From Acidimicrobiaceae bacterium (GTDB lineage Bacteria > Actinomycetota > Acidimicrobiia > Acidimicrobiales > MedAcidi-G1), in contig PBYV01000081.1 in assembly GCA_002729765.1 (NCBI GenBank), forward strand, positions 10,377 to 74,376: a stretch of 64,000 bases of DNA. Direction: 5' to 3'. Both the position numbers and the translations under genes were made by a program. The stretch's first letter is position 1. Each line of letters starts with the position of its first letter. Below are positions 49,359 to 57,862 of this stretch, one piece after another. The notes under the pieces are model-generated. The model worked only from the letters and a program-made list of their open reading frames with translations. It had not been told where the DNA came from and did no database searches.

Positions 49359-50984
49359 TTACTTTATTTCTAATATTTTCTTAAAGTTATCTATGGCCGT
49401 TTTAATTGCTGTTTTTTCATTCTGGGATAATTGACTATTTGTTAAACCTGTAAATCCTCCCTTTGGAGAAAGTCTTCCAGCTTTGGTGTTATCACCTTTA
49501 TAATATGAGTCTAAAGCTTTAACAATTGCTATTTTGTTTTTATCGGTATTGTGATTCGTAACTCCGATGATGGGCTTCAGTTTCTTAAGAACAGCTGTAA
49601 ATGCTCCACCCGGCAGCGCCTTTCTTGCCTCACCTTTTGAGTCGGTTGTATATGCTTTAATAGATGAAAGATAAGGTGACATCGCTGCTCTTACTTTAAC
49701 ATCTGCAAGATTTAAATTTGGAGTAATTTGAGAATACCCTTTATCTATTAATTGTAATCTCGGCACATATTGGTGATAACCCATCTGAGTCCAAGACACA
49801 TCCCAATCATAATCAAATGGTCCTTTATTGCCTGATTGTAATTGATAAAACTTTGCGCCTGCTGCGCCGGCTTTCCCTGCAATTGCACCGCCCTTCAAAG
49901 TTTGTGGATTAAATAAAAATATAACATTATGTCCTTCTTTAGCAGCATATGCGTCTATACCATTTGCAACCCAAGTATGCATAAAATCATTAACGTTTGT
50001 TTTACCTTGCTTAACACACTTGAATTTTAGGGTTCCTTTATATGATGTGCACATTTCACAAATAGTATCCCACATACTATTAATATCAACATCCGACATT
50101 TTCTTTGGTGCTGTAGAAAGCAGTATAGAAGCTTCATTCAATGACGCGGCTAATTTTTCTGCTGCCATAGAACCACCACCTTCTCCTTTCTTGAACTTTT
50201 TACCTAACCCTAATTCTTTGTATTCGTCATCGGTCAAACTCAATCCTGCATCCTCGCATTGGTTTTTAAAATATGCAAATGCGGTTTTAAAATTGGAGTC
50301 TCCTCCCCAACCGGCTCCGGCACTTCCTGCTTTTTTCATTTCAATCATCATCTTTTCCTTTGGCCAATGAACATCACCACCCGTTCCTTTTTCTCCACCC
50401 TTCCTTCCACCAATATGACATAATATAAGTGCCATCTCTCCACCACCTACAGCTCTACCACCCATTGCTGGTTCCCAAGACCAAAACCACTTATAAATTT
50501 TTTCTAGTAATGGTTTAGCAGCACCTTTTGCATCAATATATGCTGGGCTATCCATTTCAATAAATTTCTTTTGTGCATCTTCCATTAATCCTTTTGTATT
50601 AATGGCTTGACCATTTTGCATTTGTTTAACTAAGGCTATTCCGAATCCGGGTTCATCTGTACTATCTAATATTTTTTGATATAATTGATCTGCAGCAATA
50701 GCCGCTTTAGAATCTGAATTCGGATCCATATCATGATCTTTAAATAACTCTCTACAAGTTTCTCTAAGCATAGGAGCACTAATAGATTGATAAATCGCTT
50801 TGACTCTATCTTTATCCATTTTTTGCATTCGTGGTAACATATTCTTAATCCTTTCATAATATTCTGTATCTTCGTTTAGATCAACGAATTTTTCAATATA
50901 CTCTCGGATCAGATCTATCATTTCACTGATACGCTGATTTTCTTTAATATGTTCTACAGTAAGATATGTCTTGAATCTTCTCAT
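49359..50984 (-). CDS. Hypothetical protein, possible PD-(D/E)xK nuclease, capsid-targeting-like N-terminus
   Basis: MRRFKTYLTVE; central GGGE.AL...GD......IEMK. Confidence 0.55.
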   Translation of the reverse strand: MRRFKTYLTVEHIKENQRISEMIDLIREYIEKFVDLNEDTEYYERIKNMLPRMQKMDKDRVKAIYQSISAPMLRETCRELFKDHDMDPNSDSKAAIAADQLYQKILDSTDEPGFGIALVKQMQNGQAINTKGLMEDAQKKFIEMDSPAYIDAKGAAKPLLEKIYKWFWSWEPAMGGRAVGGGEMALILCHIGGRKGGEKGTGGDVHWPKEKMMIEMKKAGSAGAGWGGDSNFKTAFAYFKNQCEDAGLSLTDDEYKELGLGKKFKKGEGGGSMAAEKLAASLNEASILLSTAPKKMSDVDINSMWDTICEMCTSYKGTLKFKCVKQGKTNVNDFMHTWVANGIDAYAAKEGHNVIFLFNPQTLKGGAIAGKAGAAGAKFYQLQSGNKGPFDYDWDVSWTQMGYHQYVPRLQLIDKGYSQITPNLNLADVKVRAAMSPYLSSIKAYTTDSKGEARKALPGGAFTAVLKKLKPIIGVTNHNTDKNKIAIVKALDSYYKGDNTKAGRLSPKGGFTGLTNSQLSQNEKTAIKTAIDNFKKILEIK

Positions 50985-50992
50985 TTAACCTC

Positions 50993-51235
50993 TTATAGAT
51001 GTTTCATTTCCCAAGAACCTTTTACCCATTTGTCCATTAATTTCTGAACTTCTTTGGCCATAGCTTTGAGTGTCTTGGTATCGGAACTTTCCATGTCGGC
51101 ATTATTACGAGCCCATCTCGCAATACTGTTTGCACGTTTAGCAACGTCTTCCATTGATTTTACAGCTAACTGACTTACGGCAGCTTCTGCTAGAACTTCG
51201 TTGGCAGTTTCGTGCAAATTCTTTATATTGTCCAT
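50993..51235 (-). CDS. Small hypothetical (possible internal head) protein
   Basis: GAGGAG SD; N-terminal ...EVLAE resembles a prohead-protease site. Confidence 0.6.
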   Translation of the reverse strand: MDNIKNLHETANEVLAEAAVSQLAVKSMEDVAKRANSIARWARNNADMESSDTKTLKAMAKEVQKLMDKWVKGSWEMKHL

Positions 51236-51264
51236 TAGTTTCTCCTCAAAAAAGTAGTATGATC

Positions 51265-51891
51265 TTATTTATTATTTTTAAGATAACCGTATTTCTTTTC
51301 GGTTAGATTCGTGAACTTTTCAAATATTTTTCGGTCTTTTATTTTAGAATATCTCATAAATGCCTCACATTGTGTTTTTGGCTTGGCATAAAGAAACATA
51401 TCGAAGGCTAATTCTGAACTATATGCATCTATTTCAAACGGGCTAGAAAAATAATCCTCATAATCATTTTGTGTGTCTCCGTTATCGAATTGTAAAGAAT
51501 GTGTTAGTTCATGTATAAAGGTAAGTGTGAAATGTTGTTTATATTTTTTCCAAGTTGATTCTGGTACAAATAATTGCTGTGTATACATCTCTGGAGATAG
51601 GTTAACTGTTATCTCCAATTCTGATTCTGAAAAATGTTCTTCCGGAACATTGGCTGCGCCATCAAAAGTCATATCATATAATGCATGATCTTTATCTTTT
51701 CGTATGGTAACGTAACATGAGAACCCCAAATCCTTTTCCAAAAGACTTTCCATTTTATTAGCACATGCATGCCAATTTCTAATATAACGATTAGATTTCA
51801 AATTATAAGCTTTTTTAAATTCTTTAAAAACCGGGTCTAAACAACTTAATGAGGCTTTAACAAATTCTAAATCATTCATATTGAAATCCAC
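51265..51891 (-). CDS. Hypothetical protein with zincin HExxH motif
   Basis: FIHELTHSLQ...Y...P.EIDAY. Confidence 0.6.
   Translation of the reverse strand: MDFNMNDLEFVKASLSCLDPVFKEFKKAYNLKSNRYIRNWHACANKMESLLEKDLGFSCYVTIRKDKDHALYDMTFDGAANVPEEHFSESELEITVNLSPEMYTQQLFVPESTWKKYKQHFTLTFIHELTHSLQFDNGDTQNDYEDYFSSPFEIDAYSSELAFDMFLYAKPKTQCEAFMRYSKIKDRKIFEKFTNLTEKKYGYLKNNK
51266..51273 (-). promoter_or_regulatory. Late-promoter-like AATAAATA heading the head-protein block
   Basis: NATAAATA 30 nt upstream of the 51235 start, at the replication/late boundary. Confidence 0.45.
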
Positions 51892-53287
51892 CGAAGTCTG
51901 CTTTGTTTCTCATCCTATTACCTGTAGATGTATCAAATAATGGTTCATCATCTTGTCCGCTATCTGATATATCCTCCTGAGCTTTTTGTTCTACATCATA
52001 TAATCTCATTTTACTTCTATCTACTCCTATTATGAACTTTCTATATGATGTAGGATCATTATATCTGTTTTTTAATTGTTTTACAAGCAATTGATTCAAT
52101 TCTTCCATTTCCTCAGAAGATATAAGTGCAAACATAAAATCAGCCGTTGCTGGTAAACCAAAACTCTCAGAAGTATCTTCTAATCCAATATCGGTACTTG
52201 TAAATCCTGTTCTTGTTGTTTGAGTTGCGGATACAATTGGTACATCATATTCTACAGCTAATCCTCTCAGTTCTTCTGCAATGGATTTAATATAGGTGTA
52301 CGAATTAACATTAGCCCCCGCCTTTATTCTAGAAGAAGTACATATATTCAAATAATCTATGAATATTATATCAGGAACGAAATTACGTTTCAAGTTTAAT
52401 TCACCTAATAAGTTTTTAAAATGCATAGCACTGGCAGATGCAGTAGGATATTCCTTAATAATCACCTTACCTTTAGTTTTCCCTTTGAGCTTATCAATTT
52501 TCTTTTTATACATATCTCTTGGAATTTCTTCTAATTGACTCATAGGAATATCTAAAAGATTTGCATCTATTCTTTCAGCGATCCTTTCTTCAGCCATCTC
52601 CAACGTAATATACAATACATTTTTATTAACTGAAAGTGCCGCGGCCGCTTGATGACACATGAATAAAGATTTACCTACACCGGTGCCTGCTAAACAAATA
52701 TTTAAAGTCTTCTTAGGTAACCCGCCTTTAGTGATCTTATTAAACATCTCAAGATCATACTCAAGTTTTTCTTCTACCCTATGATAAAATTCAAATCTAT
52801 TTTCAGCGTCTTCAATAAAATCATGACCGACATGTGGATCGAATGAAACAGCCAATGCATCTGATAAGACAGTAGGAATTGCTCCTTTAGAAAGATGTGT
52901 CTTTTCATTACCTTCAAGAATAGCAATAGCATTTACTACAGCATTATATATTGCTTTATCTTGACAAAATGTTTCTGATTGTTCTACAAGCCAAGGTGTG
53001 ATATCTGTACTCTCTGGCTTATTTAAGGAATGGATTATTTCACTAGATTTAGTATAGTCACTTTCATGAACACCATCTAGCTGATCTAGATCGATTGATA
53101 AACTTTGTTTGGTAGGAAGATCGTTATGCTTTAAAATATATTCTTGTATTAATTTAAAGACCATCCTTTCAGATGTATCTTCAAAATATTCAGCTTTTAC
53201 ATAGGGAACGACTTTACGTGAAAAATTCTCATTGTGTATTAAATGTGATAGTATCAGTCTCTCTATCCTCTCCAACGATCCCGTCAT
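51872..53287 (-). CDS. gp41: Replicative DNA helicase (T4 gp41)
   Basis: AGTGVGKS, ITLEMAEE, IKEYPT, DYLNI, SATQTTR, KQLKNRY. Confidence 0.95.
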   Translation of the reverse strand: MTGSLERIERLILSHLIHNENFSRKVVPYVKAEYFEDTSERMVFKLIQEYILKHNDLPTKQSLSIDLDQLDGVHESDYTKSSEIIHSLNKPESTDITPWLVEQSETFCQDKAIYNAVVNAIAILEGNEKTHLSKGAIPTVLSDALAVSFDPHVGHDFIEDAENRFEFYHRVEEKLEYDLEMFNKITKGGLPKKTLNICLAGTGVGKSLFMCHQAAAALSVNKNVLYITLEMAEERIAERIDANLLDIPMSQLEEIPRDMYKKKIDKLKGKTKGKVIIKEYPTASASAMHFKNLLGELNLKRNFVPDIIFIDYLNICTSSRIKAGANVNSYTYIKSIAEELRGLAVEYDVPIVSATQTTRTGFTSTDIGLEDTSESFGLPATADFMFALISSEEMEELNQLLVKQLKNRYNDPTSYRKFIIGVDRSKMRLYDVEQKAQEDISDSGQDDEPLFDTSTGNRMRNKADFGGFQYE

Positions 53288-53645
53288 TAGTTTTAATCTC
53301 CTTATTTTCTTCTTTTAATGTTTCTATGTGTCTATCCCACAATAGTTTAACTAAGATTTCTCCGATCATATATTCAAATTCAACACCTTCTTCATCAGAA
53401 TGTTCAACGTCTTGTAATTCAGGTGGAACTGAGACAACGTCGTATTCATATTTCGCATTACTTTCTCCCTCTTCATCCGGAGGTGCTATTTGAAACTTAC
53501 CATATTTTATAATAGTTCCTTCAAAAGGGCCCGTTTTTAATTGAACACACATTTGCTCAACTTCATCGGGAAATTCCGGATGAGGAACTAAACTATAATA
53601 ACTATCAATTCTGTCGTAATCTTCTTTGGTTAATTCATTAGTCAT
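53229..53645 (-). CDS. gp40-like head vertex assembly chaperone
   Basis: Synteny between uvsX and gp41; GPF.G....YG...F...IGEIL pattern. Confidence 0.55.
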   Translation of the reverse strand: MTNELTKEDYDRIDSYYSLVPHPEFPDEVEQMCVQLKTGPFEGTIIKYGKFQIAPPDEEGESNAKYEYDVVSVPPELQDVEHSDEEGVEFEYMIGEILVKLLWDRHIETLKEENKEIKTNDGIVGEDRETDTITFNTQ

Positions 53646-54526
53646 TCAGGAACCCTCGCGATCATTATATCTTCGTGAACATCCCAAGCATGTCCTTTAT
53701 CAGCCTTTTTGACTTTAGTATCTCTTCCACTTCTATTGAAAGGCACTTTCAAATGTTCTGCAGTGTTTCGTAAATTCCAAAATTGATAATGTAATTCCAA
53801 TCCAGCATCTAACATTACTTGAGGCATCCTCATACACACAGGATAAAATACACCTTTGTGATATGCATTGCCTAAAATATTAGCTATATAACCACCCGGT
53901 TTTACTACACGACCGCATTCAACATAAACCTTCTTTGCTTGTTCTAAAAACTCATCAAATGATTTTCTGTTTTCCATACTAGCATCTGTTTTCGATTCTC
54001 CAAAAGTCCAACTATCAAACCAAGGAAAAGACATTATCAACAACTGCACGCTATTATCCTCCATTGGTATTTCTTCTGCTGATGCTGGAACAGCTGATGG
54101 CATTTCACCACCAACATAATTGCGCCATCGTTCTTCGAATAATCTTACGCGATCTGAATTTAAATCACTTCCTCGCACATCTCTGTTTAGTTTATGTCCA
54201 ACATATAAAGTAGTTCCTGTACCCATCATAGGATCATAAACTATATCCCCTTTATCAGAATATAATAAAACAAGATTTTCAACAACGTGTGGAAATGTTC
54301 TTCCTGTAAGTTTTATAGATTTTAAAAATGGATCAGTCCTATATTCGTGTAGTTGTTCTGTACTTGGTATCCAGACAGATGTTAAAATTGGTTTTCCATT
54401 TTCATTAAATGCGGGCCTTGGGATATTGCGTGCTCTATTTTGCCGCGTTTGTTCAGCTATACTTAAATCACTTGTTCTAGATGTCTTCAGATCTTCACCT
54501 AAGACTTCCATAAGTCCATTAGACAT
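53642..54526 (-). CDS. Amino (N6-A/N4-C) DNA methyltransferase-like
   Basis: VYDPMMGTGTT (SAM motif I), SD, QLLIMSFPW (variant motif IV), RVVKPGG, terminal HE. Confidence 0.7.
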   Translation of the reverse strand: MSNGLMEVLGEDLKTSRTSDLSIAEQTRQNRARNIPRPAFNENGKPILTSVWIPSTEQLHEYRTDPFLKSIKLTGRTFPHVVENLVLLYSDKGDIVYDPMMGTGTTLYVGHKLNRDVRGSDLNSDRVRLFEERWRNYVGGEMPSAVPASAEEIPMEDNSVQLLIMSFPWFDSWTFGESKTDASMENRKSFDEFLEQAKKVYVECGRVVKPGGYIANILGNAYHKGVFYPVCMRMPQVMLDAGLELHYQFWNLRNTAEHLKVPFNRSGRDTKVKKADKGHAWDVHEDIMIARVPE

Positions 54527-54528
54527 TA

Positions 54529-54720
54529 TTACTCCTCATTATCATTTTGTGTTTCCGATACCCATTGCATTGTTTCTTCTTCTCCAGTCCATCTAGCAGA
54601 AACTATTGGGTAAATATTCCAAGCTCTAAAAACCGCTTCTTCACCTCCACGACAAATCATTTTAGAACCATCTTCTAATGTTAATTCCACTACTTTAACT
54701 TTCTTTACTATCATTTTCAA
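54529..54720 (-). CDS. Hypothetical protein
   Basis: 63 aa ORF filling the gap after uvsX. Confidence 0.55.
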   Translation of the reverse strand: MKMIVKKVKVVELTLEDGSKMICRGGEEAVFRAWNIYPIVSARWTGEEETMQWVSETQNDNEE

Positions 54721-55771
54721 GAGTTAAGTCTTCTTCTATTCCCATTTCACCATATAAAAATTCTTTTTTAGCGACATCATCAATCTGATCGAGAATTTCT
54801 TTTGTAAAATATTTTGTAGGATTTTTTAAAACGGATTTCAAAAATACTTTTTCACCATCCGGCATTTCTAATCTAGTTGAAACCTTTTTAAAGATTCCAT
54901 ACTTCTCAGCTAATTCAGCTAGTCCATAATATCTATTCAATCCCTCTTTAAATGTAAGAAGGACATCAACCATTTTATGTTCTTTTGTAAGTCGGGATTT
55001 ATATGTTCTACAATGAACTATATTCCCAATTACCTCAGTGCCATCTTTTTCTTTTTTCTTAGAAAGAAAAACAATAGATGAAGCAGCATAGTGTAGGCCG
55101 GTTCCCCCACCCATTATTTTTTGTGGAAACAGTGTTCCTATTTGATCATATGTGTGATTGGTAACAACAAGGGGAACCTTCGCTTTACCACCTAATAGAG
55201 TGAGAACTCTAAACGTTCCTTTAACCATTTGTGCTCTGGTCATATCTCTAGTATCTTTACCGTCACTAACATCTTCCATTTCTTTAGTGGTAGATAGATT
55301 GCCTAATGAATCAAGGCATATCATCATTGGCGGCCGATTCTTTTCAGGTTCTTCTAAATGTCTTTCTAAAACTTTCGTTGCTTGTGTCCTGAATTCCTGA
55401 ACTGTTGCAACAGGTAAGATAACCATTCTAGACGAATCAATTCCTCTTGATTCTATCATATCTCTAGTTAAGGCAGATTCACTTTCAAAATATATAACCC
55501 CACCAGTAGGATTATCTGCGAGAAACTGTCTGACGCAACCCAATACAAAAAAGGTTTTTCCAGTAGAACTTTCACCTGCGAATGCTGTAATCTTGTTAGA
55601 AGGTAGCCCACCGTAAATACTCCCTGAAAGTAATGCGTTTAAAATATATGAACCTGAATCAATAAAACTTTCTACATCGCCTGCTTCAACACCATCCTTC
55701 ACAATTGATCCGAACTCGTTTGAAGTTACTTTTAACATTTCTCCGAAATAATCACTCATATCACCTTTCAC
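54695..55771 (-). CDS. uvsX: RecA-like recombinase UvsX
   Basis: [44 protein letters not shown]. Confidence 0.93.
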   Translation of the reverse strand: MKGDMSDYFGEMLKVTSNEFGSIVKDGVEAGDVESFIDSGSYILNALLSGSIYGGLPSNKITAFAGESSTGKTFFVLGCVRQFLADNPTGGVIYFESESALTRDMIESRGIDSSRMVILPVATVQEFRTQATKVLERHLEEPEKNRPPMMICLDSLGNLSTTKEMEDVSDGKDTRDMTRAQMVKGTFRVLTLLGGKAKVPLVVTNHTYDQIGTLFPQKIMGGGTGLHYAASSIVFLSKKKEKDGTEVIGNIVHCRTYKSRLTKEHKMVDVLLTFKEGLNRYYGLAELAEKYGIFKKVSTRLEMPDGEKVFLKSVLKNPTKYFTKEILDQIDDVAKKEFLYGEMGIEEDLTLENDSKES

Positions 55772-55792
55772 TTAATCATTATATAAACTTCT

Positions 55793-55821
55793 ATTATAAT
55801 ATAACCAATAAAAAAAATCAA
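55793..55821 (-). promoter_or_regulatory. sigma70-type promoter upstream of uvsX
   Basis: TTGATT-17 nt-TATAAT. Confidence 0.6.
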
Positions 55822-56129
55822 GACTTTTTAATGTCAATTTTACCAGTGCCAGGGTCATATGAAACTTTTACTGTAAATTCTATTGGTAAGACTGTTCCGT
55901 CAGCTTTAATGACGGGCAATTTTCCTTCTACTGCACCCTGTAATGCTGATTTTGCATCTTTAAATGCATGCGCGGGATCTTCTTTAATAATTTTATCTAA
56001 AGCTTTTTTTGTATCTTTTGGTAGGACATCATTTATCATTTTATCCACATGTTCTTTTGCTAAGTCTGTGGCTCTGTCAACTACTAATCCAGAAATGACA
56101 TTAAATAATCCAATTGCTAAGGGCATCAT
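55818..56129 (-). CDS. Hypothetical protein
   Basis: AAGGA SD; 103 aa with hydrophobic N-terminus. Confidence 0.6.
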   Translation of the reverse strand: MMPLAIGLFNVISGLVVDRATDLAKEHVDKMINDVLPKDTKKALDKIIKEDPAHAFKDAKSALQGAVEGKLPVIKADGTVLPIEFTVKVSYDPGTGKIDIKKS

Positions 56130-56140
56130 AATATTCCTTT

Positions 56141-57046
56141 TTAATTAATCTGTTGTTCCCAACTCTGTTCGATATTGTGTTGAGCTAGTGTCTGTTTAAA
56201 ATATTCATCGGTGGTAATTGGGGAATGTTTATCCGGGTCGTTTGTAAAATTCTTAATTAATACATTATAACCAGGATCTATAAAATAAGGCATTGAATAA
56301 CGAGATTTTGCATGAACTGTATTAACAACCCTATGATTAGTTGACTTTAATGTGTCATTAGACCATCTTTGAAACATGTCTCCAATATTTAATACTGTTG
56401 AATTTTTTATTATAGGAACATCAATCCATTCATCCGTTTCTCTATCCTGTACTTGTAGACCACCAACATCATCGAAACGAAAGAGTAAAGTAATAGAACC
56501 ATAATCAGTATGTTCTCCTCCAGACTCATGTTCCTCTTGCCTCTCATGCGCTGGGTAATGAAACATTCTCATATTAACATAACCACTCATATGCTTATCT
56601 ATTAAATATCCTTTTTTATGTTTGAATATACTTTCAAACTTATTGAAAAATTGATAAGATAGACGTTGAGAAATCTGAAGGATAGATTGAGCTAATGATT
56701 TAAACTTTGGAATTTCTGTAGGCCAATATTGTTCTTGCATTCTTGCTGGTTCAATCCAATTATATGATTCTTTCGAATCACCATCTCGACTCTGAATATA
56801 TCCCATCTCACCCCAGCCTGCACGACATGTTGATGAACCCTTTACTCCATTATATACATATTTCTTTTTCACATCTAATGGTAATTGAAAGAACTCTTCT
56901 GTAAGATATTTCCAGTCTTGGAATTCCGATAACCATTCATCATAAACATTAGTGAATACTGCGAATCCCGCAGTTGTATAAGCATTATACATTTGCTCTT
57001 CACAAGAATCACTTTTAAAATTAATTATCGGAACCTGAAATGACAT
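56141..57046 (-). CDS. IPNS/DIOX-family Fe(II)/2OG oxygenase
   Basis: GF, FFQLP..VK, D.KE, HTDYGSITLL, GLQV, NIGD..QRWSN..LKST.HRV, RYS. Confidence 0.88.
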   Translation of the reverse strand: MSFQVPIINFKSDSCEEQMYNAYTTAGFAVFTNVYDEWLSEFQDWKYLTEEFFQLPLDVKKKYVYNGVKGSSTCRAGWGEMGYIQSRDGDSKESYNWIEPARMQEQYWPTEIPKFKSLAQSILQISQRLSYQFFNKFESIFKHKKGYLIDKHMSGYVNMRMFHYPAHERQEEHESGGEHTDYGSITLLFRFDDVGGLQVQDRETDEWIDVPIIKNSTVLNIGDMFQRWSNDTLKSTNHRVVNTVHAKSRYSMPYFIDPGYNVLIKNFTNDPDKHSPITTDEYFKQTLAQHNIEQSWEQQIN

Positions 57047-57067
57047 TTTTCATTATTTAAATTTCAG

Positions 57068-57085
57068 AAAGGGGGCCGAAGCCCC
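57068..57085 (-). terminator. Rho-independent terminator with UUCG tetraloop
   Basis: GGGGC-UUCG-GCCCC then CUUUCU; the cUUCGg loop is typical of T4-like phages. Confidence 0.75.
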
Positions 57086-57100
57086 ATTTCTTAAGTGTTG

Positions 57101-57319
57101 TTACTTAGAATAAATTCCCCAGAGAACCCAGATGGCCACTAAACCAACTAATCCTTCTGAACCAAGGGATTTAACTAAAGAGGTGACTGAACCGATGACG
57201 TCGAGGCCAATAAAAGGTACAGCTGCTCCAAAAAGAATTTGAAGAACCACGCCTAATGCTATTAGCGCGAGTCCTGCTTCTGTTAGGCTTTTAATCCAAC
57301 CTATTGCTTGATCTAACAT
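57101..57319 (-). CDS. Small membrane protein
   Basis: 72 aa, two hydrophobic segments, GGAG SD. Confidence 0.75.
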   Translation of the reverse strand: MLDQAIGWIKSLTEAGLALIALGVVLQILFGAAVPFIGLDVIGSVTSLVKSLGSEGLVGLVAIWVLWGIYSK

Positions 57320-57339
57320 GTGTTATGACTCCATTATTG

Positions 57340-57840
57340 TTAGGATTGTTTAAATAATGTTAGCGGAGCACTCCACCAAGATTCCCAAGGAAAATGTATC
57401 CAAAGTTTCTCAGTATCTTTAGCGACTTCTCTAACATAGTAATGAGGTTTAAAATCTACCTCATTATTCCACCAGAGTGATGCAAATCTTACGTCACACT
57501 GAAGTTGTAAAGGCGTGTTTTCTCTCGGCCCGTTTATATATTGAGATATGCGCTCAAATGTTTCACCACTATCGCATATATCATCTATAATTAATACCCT
57601 CTTATCTGTCTTCCTTGGCAGATAATCTTCCCATTCGGGAAAATCTCTAAGAGCGCTTTTCACAGGCTTAAACGGTTTTTTTAACCAGTGAGACATCATA
57701 ACGCCTGGAGTTAAACCTCCGCGGCTCAAACCGACGATAACGTCAGGTTCAAACTTATCCAATGTAATGTCACGACAGAGCTGATTTACATCCAAACACA
57801 TTTCCTGCCAGCTATACCATAGTTTTCTCATGTCCTTCAT
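57340..57840 (-). CDS. Type I phosphoribosyltransferase (Gpt/Hpt-like)
   Basis: VGLSRGG, PRPP loop VLIIDDICDSGET, WIHFPWE. Confidence 0.85.
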   Translation of the reverse strand: MKDMRKLWYSWQEMCLDVNQLCRDITLDKFEPDVIVGLSRGGLTPGVMMSHWLKKPFKPVKSALRDFPEWEDYLPRKTDKRVLIIDDICDSGETFERISQYINGPRENTPLQLQCDVRFASLWWNNEVDFKPHYYVREVAKDTEKLWIHFPWESWWSAPLTLFKQS

Positions 57841-57862
57841 AACAAACCTTATTACTTATTTA

